From contig CAZORP010000004.1 in NCBI GenBank assembly GCA_964582615.1, positions 1,900 through 65,899 on the forward strand: a DNA stretch of 64,000 nt. Direction: 5' to 3'. The DNA is from an uncultured Gammaproteobacteria bacterium (lineage in GTDB: Bacteria; Patescibacteriota; Patescibacteriia; UBA9934). The notes under the pieces are model-generated. The model was not told where the DNA came from, ran no database searches, and saw only the letters and a program-made list of their open reading frames with translations. Below are positions 17,529 through 27,220 of the stretch, one piece after another. The position numbers were made by a program, and so were the translations under genes. How positions within the stretch are numbered: the stretch's first letter is position 1; the number at the start of each line of letters is the position of its first letter.

Positions 17529-17760
17529 GTTGAAAAACCACCAGACATTGCTGGTGGGTTTTCAACTGCGGTCATAATGCACTTAACTGCCTTTGAGAGA
17601 CGCAGGTATCCGTGAGGATAATTAGCGTTGCCCTAGGTATTCAGGTATTTCGCACCATGACAGCGCTTGGCAGGGCACTCCGCTCCTGAACTCGTTTATT
17701 CAGGGGGTTTCGGAGGATTCTGACGGTATCAAGCGAGGGACTCCGGTCACGTAAACTGTT
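17529..17760. repeat. intergenic repeat element R2
   Basis: ttgaaaaaccaccag-acattg-ctggtgggttttcaa palindromic hairpin; gcgcttggcagggcac and ggactccggtcac blocks shared with R3 and R4. Confidence 0.55.
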
Positions 17761-17790
17761 ACAAAATGTTACATGTGACGGGTATGTTCA

Positions 17791-18177
17791 CTATTCGGTA
17801 CCTTCATCAATATCTTCGATATCTTGGGCTCTTTCGAGAGCTTCCACATCAACTTCGGAACTTAGGTCTTTTAGCTCACTGGATCTATCATCGTCCTGGG
17901 TACCTGTCGGCGAAACTGGCCGGCTGTACTCATCTAATGCATCAAATACAAATGGGAGATGTTCGTCGTAACTTACTTTATAGTTACGCGCATCTACAGT
18001 CTTTTTAATGTCCTTAGTTGCGGCAATTACTTTTTCACGATTTTTAATCCAGTAATCCTTCAACTCGTTTTCCCCTAAAATTTCAGCGATATACTTCGGA
18101 TCAAATTCATATCTCGTCGCCTCAAGCGCCCTGTGATCCTGGAAATGAATGAGTAAGAAATCGGCAAAAAACTCCAC
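17791..18177 (-). CDS. small acidic hypothetical protein (128 aa)
   Basis: ORF immediately downstream of the KAP NTPase gene; D/E-rich C-terminus. Confidence 0.4.
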   Translation of the reverse strand: MEFFADFLLIHFQDHRALEATRYEFDPKYIAEILGENELKDYWIKNREKVIAATKDIKKTVDARNYKVSYDEHLPFVFDALDEYSRPVSPTGTQDDDRSSELKDLSSEVDVEALERAQDIEDIDEGTE

Positions 18178-18204
18178 TGCCCGTTCGTTGCCCTGAGGAT
18201 TGAA

Positions 18205-20904
18205 TCAGACGTCAAAAATGTATACCTGCATCTCCTTACGGATCCCTTCGTTGTCATTGATGCCGTCAGGATCGAATAGACCACTTCCTAAGTCTGAATT
18301 AGTAATCCGATTATTTATTAACTGATAAATAATAAAACTTGCGGAGATAATTTTCTCGGTCTGAACCTCATTACTGATATCTTTCTTTTCCGAGCGGACG
18401 TAACTAAGCGAATCCCCGAATAATTCTTGGTCGCTTAATGCGTAAATATCAGAAATGAAGTTTTTATTCTGACCTACGTATCTATTCTTGAATTCTTTAT
18501 ATACCAACTGAGTAATTCGTCTCACCGTATCTTTACCTTCGTGATCTGTTGTTTCACCAATTTTCTTCGCATATGCACGCAATCCGCGTTCGAGGTTATA
18601 AAAATTACCGCCTCTATATGGACTACAGTGCAAGCGTAACTTGAGACCATCGTAAAACCCAATTACTCCATTTTCTGGATCTAGAACCTTACTAACGACA
18701 CTCTTCCGCTCGCCATCCTCGAACAATGCCTCGGCAATCTGTACGACATTTGTATCATCGTTGTGGTAATAGCCGTCGCGCTGATCTTGCCAGCCTCGTT
18801 GATTCAAAAGGTAGAGTATGCGCAGAGAAATGTCGTCCCGCAAGCCCGTTCCGAGACCATCCATCTCAATCGTCGAGAAACGACGCATGCTCTCCACGAA
18901 CCAGTGGATCGTAGCCAGCGCCGTTTGCTTTGAAAATAGATCCGTATTACGAACCATGGCCTGCAGCAGCAGGCTAAAATGATATTCGGCTGGGTTGCTG
19001 ACAGAGAAAATAAACTCCTCCTCTGAGGCGAGATCGCTCATCGTCTTCTCTCCAGATCCAATCTTCCTTGCTTCATTCACATAAAACTTTTTTGCTTGAG
19101 TTTTGATTTGAGTGACACGTTCGGTCATGAGTCGCAGATAACGCTCCAAACTTCTATCAAGATGGACCGTGCCGTTCATTGCTGCAGAAAAAACACTAAA
19201 ATCATCTTCTTTGTATTTTTTCGAGAATAATTGTGCGTCAAAAAGGTTTCTTAACAAAAATCTTTCGGCATCTGTCTTTTTCAATAAGTACTCTTTGAAA
19301 AATGCTGAATTTTCATATGAACTTTTTGAGCTTTCCCATTTCCACTTAATAGAAAAGTGCTCTTTTCCGTTAATTTCGGCCGTGTAAATGTCTCGAAAAG
19401 TTTCCGAAAAATTTAGATGCAACAAAAACAGGTTGATCAAATCGTAACCCTCAAAATCAAGCTGTTCGACATCCAGATCCAACAGTCGTAATCGGATAGT
19501 ATTTACCAATCGTTTTATTTTTCGAATATCACCCAAGACATCCTTGTATCTATAAAAGATCTCGGGTTTGAATACTTCATCAATTGCTTTCTCCATTGAT
19601 TCTTTCGAAGTTGGCGTAAATGAAGAGCCCTCTTCCTCTGTCTGCTCAAATAATTTATCTATAAGATATTTTTTAAGCATTTCTGGATTAATCGTTAAAA
19701 CCTGCTTCACCGTAACTACTTTCTCGAAGTATTCCCTGATCTGAGCGGTATCGATCGATTCACGTTCAATTTTAACCAACCTAGGATCATGATCGTTATC
19801 TGGCTTTTTACCCTGAGTGGTTTTCTCCGTCTGATCTGAGCCGCCTAGAGAAACCTGAAGGTGCTCTCGCGTCTTCGTGAGATGATAAAAGCTATTAACG
19901 TTCTGCGTATCGAAACAAGTTACAAAGGAAATATATGGCAGCTTGAGACTGACACGGATTACATCGATAAAGCGCTTCACCTCATCAATGGGAAGCCTAT
20001 CAAGATCATCAATAACAATGACGAGTCGCCGCCGGGCGATTTCCAGCTGCTCTCGAATCGCCTGAACTCTATCTTCGTCAGACAGCGAATCCGGAATAAA
20101 CGACGCTAACTCTAACTTAAATAACTTCGGATAAGGCTCAATCGCCTTGGCGTACCTTGCAAAGTAATCTCCAAGTTGAGGAACGAAATTATTCTCATCT
20201 AAAAAGCCAGACAGCTGTCGTAGGAATGCCGAAAGTACATGATCTTGATCGTATCTTAATGGTTCAAATGAAAAGACTAGCGCACCAGTCTCTTCGAGAC
20301 GCTTTTTACAAAAATGAAGATACGATGACTTGCCGTAGCCCCACGGTGCATCAATTCCGAATACAAGGCTATTTGGAGACCCATTATTTTCAAGTTTATT
20401 GGCAAAATCAATCGCGTCATTCTTAACACCAAGTACGTCCGATTCTTCATCGTCAGAGAGTGGTTCATCGGATAGAAAAAATGGCTTCACTGTATTCTTA
20501 TTCTTCAAACCGAGACGCCAACCTCTCAAATGTGTAGCAGCGATTATGACAATGATTAACTTAATAACCTCAAAGAGAGCTCCATTAAACAGTGGCAAAA
20601 ATGACCACTCGGCAAAGCATGCTCTGATGACTTCATGGTATCCCGCCGCCATCCCGACACCTAGGATTACCGAGATAGCGGAATCCCACTCGGATTCTAG
20701 ATGTCTAATGATTTTAAATGCGGGAAATACGACGAGCACAAGAAAGCCAATCGCGATCAGTGGAATCGCAAATAGCGCGGCAGGCTGATACTTTTCAAAA
20801 CTTTCATAACCCAATAAAACCGCCAATGCTATGCCGATCGAGACCGTGAAGATCTGAACATTCTTCTTCACTCTAGCTGTAAGTATTGTTTTGGTTAATG
20901 ACAC
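18205..20904 (-). CDS. KAP-family P-loop NTPase with N-terminal 4-TM membrane anchor
   Basis: Walker A GIDAPWGYGKSSY; Walker B LVIVIDDLDR; 899 aa; four N-terminal hydrophobic helices. Confidence 0.7.
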   Translation of the reverse strand: MSLTKTILTARVKKNVQIFTVSIGIALAVLLGYESFEKYQPAALFAIPLIAIGFLVLVVFPAFKIIRHLESEWDSAISVILGVGMAAGYHEVIRACFAEWSFLPLFNGALFEVIKLIIVIIAATHLRGWRLGLKNKNTVKPFFLSDEPLSDDEESDVLGVKNDAIDFANKLENNGSPNSLVFGIDAPWGYGKSSYLHFCKKRLEETGALVFSFEPLRYDQDHVLSAFLRQLSGFLDENNFVPQLGDYFARYAKAIEPYPKLFKLELASFIPDSLSDEDRVQAIREQLEIARRRLVIVIDDLDRLPIDEVKRFIDVIRVSLKLPYISFVTCFDTQNVNSFYHLTKTREHLQVSLGGSDQTEKTTQGKKPDNDHDPRLVKIERESIDTAQIREYFEKVVTVKQVLTINPEMLKKYLIDKLFEQTEEEGSSFTPTSKESMEKAIDEVFKPEIFYRYKDVLGDIRKIKRLVNTIRLRLLDLDVEQLDFEGYDLINLFLLHLNFSETFRDIYTAEINGKEHFSIKWKWESSKSSYENSAFFKEYLLKKTDAERFLLRNLFDAQLFSKKYKEDDFSVFSAAMNGTVHLDRSLERYLRLMTERVTQIKTQAKKFYVNEARKIGSGEKTMSDLASEEEFIFSVSNPAEYHFSLLLQAMVRNTDLFSKQTALATIHWFVESMRRFSTIEMDGLGTGLRDDISLRILYLLNQRGWQDQRDGYYHNDDTNVVQIAEALFEDGERKSVVSKVLDPENGVIGFYDGLKLRLHCSPYRGGNFYNLERGLRAYAKKIGETTDHEGKDTVRRITQLVYKEFKNRYVGQNKNFISDIYALSDQELFGDSLSYVRSEKKDISNEVQTEKIISASFIIYQLINNRITNSDLGSGLFDPDGINDNEGIRKEMQVYIFDV

Positions 20905-21353
20905 AGTTGTATGCGGAAAACCCTATCAAAATTGCGGCCAAATGACCAGCTCAAATGTCATGCAGAAAAGTCATTCTTCTTATCGTGCACAAAAAGCACA
21001 TTCTGACTCATACTGTACTATTTTGTACCAAAATAAGGCACTTATGCACAGATTCTCTCCGGAAAATTGACGTTGATTGTACGGGCGATAAAATATCTGT
21101 TGATCGCAATCACGATTACTAACTCGTAACTCATTTTTGCCCATGCAAATGTAAAACTATTGACGCGCATGACATGTCTTCTGGCGCAATGATGCTAAGA
21201 CCATCGATGCCAAAGACAAAAAGCTATGAACATTACTGCTCCGAAGGAGGGAGCAAATCAGCAATAGCCTTTTGTTTTTGTTATCGATCTCGTTAGGAAG
21301 TCCTATCGAATCGGTAGGGCTTCTTTGCTTTTTAACAACTTAATTTCAAATGT

Positions 21354-22631
21354 ATGCCTACTCAGATACAAACCACGTATGTTCCCATAACTAATCTGAA
21401 TCCCGCGCTCTACAACCCGCGCAAATGGGACAAAGAGGCGACGAAGAAGCTCCGCGAAAGCTTGGAGCGATTCGGCTTCGTCGACCCCATCCTCGTAAAC
21501 GGCGCACCCGATCGCATGAATATTGTCATCGGTGGTCATTTCCGTCTCAAAGTTGCGAAGGATATGGGCATGACGGAAGTCCCTGTCGTCTATCTCCATA
21601 TCCCAGACATCGAGAAGGAGAAGGAACTCAACCTTCGTCTCAATCGTAATACCGGTACGTGGGATTACGACCTTCTCAAGGCATTCGATACTAACTTCCT
21701 ACAGGATGTCGGCTTTGATGCGTTGGACCTCCAGAATGTCTGGGGAGATCTTGCATCCATCGACGACCGACTCATTCTGAAGGAGGGTGAGGTTGAACCT
21801 CCAGAAAAACCAACCATTCAAGATGGCGAAATCTATAAGCTCGGAGATCATCTTTTGATGTGTGCGGATTCTACAGGCCCCGCCAATGCCGCTCGTCTCA
21901 TGAGAGAAGAAAAAGCAGACATGATCTATTGTGATCCTCCGTATAACATCAAACTAGATTACGCGAATGGCGTTTCAACGGACGGCAAATACGCTGGGCA
22001 AGTAAATGATGCGTTGCCAGACGGTGAGTACCAAGAATTCATCAAAAAATCAGTCGAGGTTGCACTATCCGTCGCGAAGCCCGACGCACACATCTTTTAC
22101 TGGTGTGACCAGAGGTATATCTGGTTGGTTCAGCGTGTATATCGGCACTGGAAGATTGAAAATCGCCGCGTGTGCTTGTGGATCAAGAACAACTTCAACA
22201 TGACTCCGCAGGTTGCCTTCAATAAGGCATACGAGCCGTGCGTCTATGGAACGATCGGAAAGCCATACCTCAATCCTGATGTCACGAATCTTCACGAGAT
22301 CGTGAACAAAGACGTGGACGCGGGTAACCGAGCAACGAGCGACATCATCGATCTTTTTGACATCTGGCTTGCGAGTCGTGATGCAGGACAGGAATACGAA
22401 CACCCGACTCAAAAACCCCTCTCACTCCACGAGAAGCCACTGAAACGCTGCACAAAGCCGGGTGACGTTATCTTGGATCTCTTTGGTGGCAGCGGATCGA
22501 CGCTTCTTGCGTGCGAGCAAATGCGTCGCAAAGCAAGGCTCATAGAAAAGAATCCTGCATTTTGTCACGTCATCATCAAAAGATTCGAGGAGATGACCGG
22601 TCTTAAGGCTGAAAAAGTAACGAGTAACTAA
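21354..22631 (+). CDS. ParB-like nuclease domain fused to a beta-class N6A/N4C DNA methyltransferase
   Basis: N-terminal ParB/Srx-like region (YNPRKW...VNGAPDRMNIVIGGHFR); MTase motif IV CDPPYN before motif I FGGSGST. Confidence 0.75.
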   Translation: MPTQIQTTYVPITNLNPALYNPRKWDKEATKKLRESLERFGFVDPILVNGAPDRMNIVIGGHFRLKVAKDMGMTEVPVVYLHIPDIEKEKELNLRLNRNTGTWDYDLLKAFDTNFLQDVGFDALDLQNVWGDLASIDDRLILKEGEVEPPEKPTIQDGEIYKLGDHLLMCADSTGPANAARLMREEKADMIYCDPPYNIKLDYANGVSTDGKYAGQVNDALPDGEYQEFIKKSVEVALSVAKPDAHIFYWCDQRYIWLVQRVYRHWKIENRRVCLWIKNNFNMTPQVAFNKAYEPCVYGTIGKPYLNPDVTNLHEIVNKDVDAGNRATSDIIDLFDIWLASRDAGQEYEHPTQKPLSLHEKPLKRCTKPGDVILDLFGGSGSTLLACEQMRRKARLIEKNPAFCHVIIKRFEEMTGLKAEKVTSN

Positions 22632-22632
22632 T

Positions 22633-23418
22633 ATGGAAATTCAAAACGGTGCATTCATTCAACTTGGAAAGCATCGGCTTCTATGCGGTGATTCAACGAA
22701 TCCTTCAGATGTCGCAATGCTTCTTGGAGATACCCGCATCGATCTCGTGCTCACAGATCCTCCTTACGGCGTCGGTTATGTGGAAAGCAAGGAAGGATTC
22801 ACGCAGGAACTCGCTAAACCGAAGGTCATCGAGAATGATCACGTACAGACCGAAGAAGAGTATTTGGAGTTCACTAAGAAATGGCTCTCACTTATTCCTC
22901 CGTACCTCACAGATAAGAACGCGATCTACATCTTCAATACCGACAAAATGCTCTTTCCATTGCGAGCGGGTATGGAGTCATGTGGCATGAAGTTTGCGCA
23001 GCTCCTCATCTGGGCTAAGACTCATGCGGTCATTGGTCGCTTGGATTATCTTCCGCAGCACGAACTTATTGCTTACGGCTGGCACGGGACGCACGCGTTC
23101 AAGAAAGCCAAGGACAAAAGCATCCTCGTGCACCCAAAACCCGCCAAGAGCAAGTATCACCCGACCATGAAGCCGATTGGTCTTCTACGACGTCTTATTC
23201 TTAATAGCTCAGATGTTGGTTCAAACGTCTTTGATCCTTTTGGTGGAAGCGGCTCAACACTCCTTGCTTGCGAGCAAACAGGGCGTGTCTGCTTCATGAT
23301 CGAGAAAGACAAAGAGTACTGCCAAACCATCGTGAGTCTCTATGAACGCATGACGGGCGACGTCGCGGTAGTAATTGAACCAGCATATGGAGGAACCGAA
23401 GCAGCAACGCCGGTATGA
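22633..23418 (+). CDS. beta-class N6A/N4C DNA methyltransferase, paralog of the upstream MTase domain
   Basis: TDPPYGVGY and FGGSGSTLLACEQ; C-terminus near-identical in pattern to the upstream gene. Confidence 0.75.
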   Translation: MEIQNGAFIQLGKHRLLCGDSTNPSDVAMLLGDTRIDLVLTDPPYGVGYVESKEGFTQELAKPKVIENDHVQTEEEYLEFTKKWLSLIPPYLTDKNAIYIFNTDKMLFPLRAGMESCGMKFAQLLIWAKTHAVIGRLDYLPQHELIAYGWHGTHAFKKAKDKSILVHPKPAKSKYHPTMKPIGLLRRLILNSSDVGSNVFDPFGGSGSTLLACEQTGRVCFMIEKDKEYCQTIVSLYERMTGDVAVVIEPAYGGTEAATPV

Positions 23419-23926
23419 GAACGCTCAACGTCGGAAGGCTAAACAGAAACTACAAATCATCAATACGCTTCGAGAGACGGGCAATATCGAGGCCGCCTGT
23501 CGCAAAGTCGGCATCGCGCGCAATACGTATTACGTGTGGGCTAAGGATGATCACGAATTCAAGATTGAAGCCGAGAAGGCTCTTGTCATTGGCACCGAGG
23601 TAGTTTGTGACACTCTTGAAAGCAGGTTAGTCGCTCGAGCGAATTCGGGCGAGGGCTGGGCGTTGAAGTACTATCTCGGGAATAAGCATCCAGATTACAG
23701 TCCGCGAGCCAGCGCCCGCAAATATCATCGAGAGAATGAGCAGTCTGATGAATTCTCTGATGAAGATGAGCGCCACATTGAGCATGCTCTAAAAATGCTC
23801 GAGTACTTGGAGCCCTGTGAGGACCCGTCCCACCATGGCCACAAGATGCTACCTCCGCCTCCGCCGGCGGCTGTCAATGACAAAGCAGGCGACGACGACG
23901 AGGATCTTGACGGTGCATTTAGCTAA
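23387..23926 (+). CDS. HTH protein resembling terminase small-subunit / transposase-type HTH, with an acidic C-terminal tail
   Basis: GNIEAACRKVGIARNTYYVW helix-turn-helix; start could also be 23375. Confidence 0.4.
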   Translation: MEEPKQQRRYENAQRRKAKQKLQIINTLRETGNIEAACRKVGIARNTYYVWAKDDHEFKIEAEKALVIGTEVVCDTLESRLVARANSGEGWALKYYLGNKHPDYSPRASARKYHRENEQSDEFSDEDERHIEHALKMLEYLEPCEDPSHHGHKMLPPPPPAAVNDKAGDDDEDLDGAFS

Positions 23927-24529
23927 CTACTTTGTCACTTCCGTAGAAAGGAAAACCGTGGTGGTCTGCTTCGTGGCATCGTTTACCGCAACGAGTCCAT
24001 AGCCGATCGTGTCACTTGGGATTTCATAAACGATCACGCCCTTCTTTGGAATGGACGGACTGAGCGTCTGAACTTCCAAATAGTTATCGATAGATCCGAT
24101 GGTGTCATCGTAGGTCGTATAACCCCGCCCTTCGCCATCTCCGAGTCGCAAGTACTGGTTTGGCATGTAGAGAAAATCCGAGGTCGACTTCGAGGTCACT
24201 TGCAGTTCAATAATGACAAACTTCGTCCCCTCAACGGCAGCGACCGGCTTGCCGTAGCGTGAACTCATGGTTTGCGCCTCACGGACACTGAGAACCTTCA
24301 TCTCATGCGTTGCGAGGTCGATTGGATTGTTGATCTTTGCCTCGACGACTTCTTTCTCGGAATTCTTGGTGTTCGTAGTTATGGAACCGGACGGAGTTAC
24401 CGTGGTCTTTGGACGATCGCTTCCGTCATCCATGTACGGTGCGATAATGAAAATGAACAAAATGAAACCGAGGACTCCCGTGAGGATCTTATGCTGCTTG
24501 AACCAGCTCTGTTTTGGGTCATTCGACAT
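23927..24529 (-). CDS. membrane-anchored DUF4352-like protein
   Basis: N-terminal TM helix; Thr/Ser-rich linker; beta-rich domain with YLRLGDGEGRGY...VIVYEIP. Confidence 0.4.
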   Translation of the reverse strand: MSNDPKQSWFKQHKILTGVLGFILFIFIIAPYMDDGSDRPKTTVTPSGSITTNTKNSEKEVVEAKINNPIDLATHEMKVLSVREAQTMSSRYGKPVAAVEGTKFVIIELQVTSKSTSDFLYMPNQYLRLGDGEGRGYTTYDDTIGSIDNYLEVQTLSPSIPKKGVIVYEIPSDTIGYGLVAVNDATKQTTTVFLSTEVTK

Positions 24530-24879
24530 AGTAAAGCGTATGAGGAATTAATCCCGAGTATTGCTAAAACAAAAAGCGACACCCGGTGGCGCTTTACAAC
24601 CCAGCCCAAGCACGGATCGTGCAAGGTCTGTTTTAACCGGATGCCGCTCATTGCGCGCGATCCGGAAATAGCCAAATACGGCCTGCAAAGGCTGAGTTGT
24701 AAAGCACCGACATAGTAGCATAGGCACCCCCAAAGTAAAGCGATTTGCTCAGTATTTTGCCTTTCCTTATACCTTGAGGGCTTTTGAGTTACCTACAGGT
24801 CTGGGGCTAGGCACCCCGGACAGGTGTGGCATCAATGTAGCTGTCCCCTAGGGAACTAGGGCGCACAAACTACGAACAT

Positions 24880-26295
24880 ATGCCGGAACACAATCCGCTC
24901 CACAGTCCCACGCTTCTCGCGGAAAATAGAGCTAACAATATAGGTAAAGGCGATGCAAAAGTTGATCTTCGGTATTGCCTCTATGCACGCAAGTCATCCG
25001 AAGATGACGAACGTCAAGCGTTGTCCATCGATTCACAAATCAACGAAATGATGGAACTGGCGAGAAAGGAAGGAATGGACATCGTTGAGACGCGTCGAGA
25101 GAGTCATTCAGCAAAGTCATCCGGCGAGCGACCGGAATTCAATCAATTGATGATCGATATCGATAAAGGACTCTTCAATGCCATTCTCACATGGGCGCCA
25201 GATCGCTTGAGTCGTAACGCTGGAGATCTTGGGTCACTCGTTGATCTCATGGATCGTGCGAAGCTTCATGAGATCAGGACGCACTCACAGAAGTTCACGA
25301 ACTCACCGAATGAAAAGTTCCTCCTGATGATCCTCGGAAGCCAGGCAAAGCTCGAGAATGACAATCGCGGTATTAATGTAAAACGTGGCCTCAAGAACAA
25401 AGTTGAAATGGGATGGCGGCCAGGACTTCCGCCCCTTGGCTACTACAACGAGAGATCAATTAATCGCGGTCAGAATAGAATCTTCATCGATGAAGAACGT
25501 GCACCGACCATTAAAAAGCTCTTTGAACTCGTCGCGTACGAAAAGATGACTGGAAGGGCACTTTTTACCTACTTGAAAGAGATTAATTTCAAAACGCGAA
25601 CCGATAAATTCGTCAGTGTTAGTAGCGTCTACAAGATCCTCAAGAACAGATTTTATTACGGCGAGTTCGAGTTCCCGGAAGGGAGCAGCAAGATCTATAA
25701 GGGAGCACACGAACCGCTTATAACAAAAGAGTTGTTCGATCGCGTACAAAATCAGCTCACTATTCCCGACCGACCAATCCAAGGCATTAAAGAATTCTCT
25801 TTTACGAAGATGTTCAAATGCGGCGCATGCGGCTCCGGCATCACCGCAGAGGAAAAGATTAAGAAGATCAAAGGAACAGAAGAGATACGAAAATACATCT
25901 ACTATCGGTGCGGAAAATCCAACGGGCGTATCTGTGACGAGAAGCCGATGCGTGAACAAGATATCCTCAATCAGCTCCTAGAACTTATTGATTCAATCGA
26001 GATCGATAGGATTGGTGCGCAAAAACGCATCGAAGACGAGCTGAAGCGTTACGCTGCATTCTCAGAAGGGGTGCTCGGAAAGAAGATCAATAAGCCAAAA
26101 CAAAAGGAGGTCAGCATTCGAAAATATGCAAAGCATATTCTCACAAATGGAACTCGCGAGGAGAAGCGAGAAATTCTGGAGCATGTAAAACACTGTATAG
26201 TGATATTCAATAGAGCTCTAAAGCTCGAATCCCTGGCACTGCCTAATGAAGCAAGAGAAGACCCCCCACGTTTAGAGAAACGCGGGGGGTCATGA
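24880..26295 (+). CDS. large serine recombinase (integrase)
   Basis: Resolvase catalytic region YARKSSEDDERQALSIDSQ; recombinase domain; zinc-ribbon CGACGSG...YYRCG; coiled-coil C-terminus. Confidence 0.8.
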   Translation: MPEHNPLHSPTLLAENRANNIGKGDAKVDLRYCLYARKSSEDDERQALSIDSQINEMMELARKEGMDIVETRRESHSAKSSGERPEFNQLMIDIDKGLFNAILTWAPDRLSRNAGDLGSLVDLMDRAKLHEIRTHSQKFTNSPNEKFLLMILGSQAKLENDNRGINVKRGLKNKVEMGWRPGLPPLGYYNERSINRGQNRIFIDEERAPTIKKLFELVAYEKMTGRALFTYLKEINFKTRTDKFVSVSSVYKILKNRFYYGEFEFPEGSSKIYKGAHEPLITKELFDRVQNQLTIPDRPIQGIKEFSFTKMFKCGACGSGITAEEKIKKIKGTEEIRKYIYYRCGKSNGRICDEKPMREQDILNQLLELIDSIEIDRIGAQKRIEDELKRYAAFSEGVLGKKINKPKQKEVSIRKYAKHILTNGTREEKREILEHVKHCIVIFNRALKLESLALPNEAREDPPRLEKRGGS

Positions 26296-26297
26296 AG

Positions 26298-27143
26298 TCA
26301 CTCGAGGCGTCGAATCGCAGCCCGGAGGACGTCGGCTGCGAGGGTGTTGGGCTTATACCTCAGACCGAGAACGCTCCGAGGCAACTCACCGCACGTGATA
26401 CCGAGGGAATCGTAAAAGTCTGCGGTTGCACCGAGGACTCTTCTCGAAAACTCTCGTTCGACGTTCTTCGGAATCGAAGCCCACTGCGTGGGCTTCCCGA
26501 ACGGCAAGACATAGGGAGCTCCGGTATTCAGAAGGCCCATGACCGTTCTTCCGGAAAGTGGCGCACCCGGCATGAAGTCTCGTTCGCAGATCTCATCTGT
26601 GACTTCGGAGTATTCACGTACTGCCGTGACAGAGCAGTTACGTGCCCGCAGTCGCTCAATACCTTCACCGATTGCGACACCGGCGAAAACGTGGCCAACC
26701 CGAATGTTTCGCTCCAGGAAGAGATCGATGATGCGTTCCATCATCGCTCCGCTGAAAACCACGTCATCCACGAGAGCTATGTCACGCTCATGGATAGTCG
26801 CAGCTACCTCGTCCACGATGGCGGTCAAATCCGTGTAGATGCCATCTCTCGTCCCGTAACCAGCATCACGTAGACCGCCATCAACCAGTCTGGTGACGTT
26901 GATCTGCAGCGCTCTCGGTGCGTAGACTCGATCCAGGCTGACGACCGGGAACGAAGAGTTGGCGAGGATATCCGAGAGCCCATCACGCAGCTCGCTCTCG
27001 GAAATCCATTCAGTCGAGCCAACGCTAACGTGCAAGGCGCTCTTCACCTCAGCGCGAAACCCCTCCAACACCGTATCGGGAACAACAAACCCAGCCTCTC
27101 GCCACAGCGTAGCGAGATCACAGGACACAACGTACGGACGCAT
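26298..27143 (-). CDS. type I phosphoribosyltransferase-domain protein, GC-rich
   Basis: PRPP-binding motif IALVDDVVFSGAMM; GC content clearly above that of its neighbours. Confidence 0.5.
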   Translation of the reverse strand: MRPYVVSCDLATLWREAGFVVPDTVLEGFRAEVKSALHVSVGSTEWISESELRDGLSDILANSSFPVVSLDRVYAPRALQINVTRLVDGGLRDAGYGTRDGIYTDLTAIVDEVAATIHERDIALVDDVVFSGAMMERIIDLFLERNIRVGHVFAGVAIGEGIERLRARNCSVTAVREYSEVTDEICERDFMPGAPLSGRTVMGLLNTGAPYVLPFGKPTQWASIPKNVEREFSRRVLGATADFYDSLGITCGELPRSVLGLRYKPNTLAADVLRAAIRRLE

Positions 27144-27220
27144 GTCGAACTCCTTGGAACCTCCCAGCGTCTTTGCCGGGAGGGAGCGAATGCACTGCTT
27201 TCACTGCAACCGATCCCTTC

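Noticed and set aside
26292-26873. 193-aa plus-strand ORF antisense to the PRTase
   Set aside because: GC-rich antisense artefact; the PRTase frame has the recognisable PRPP-binding motif.
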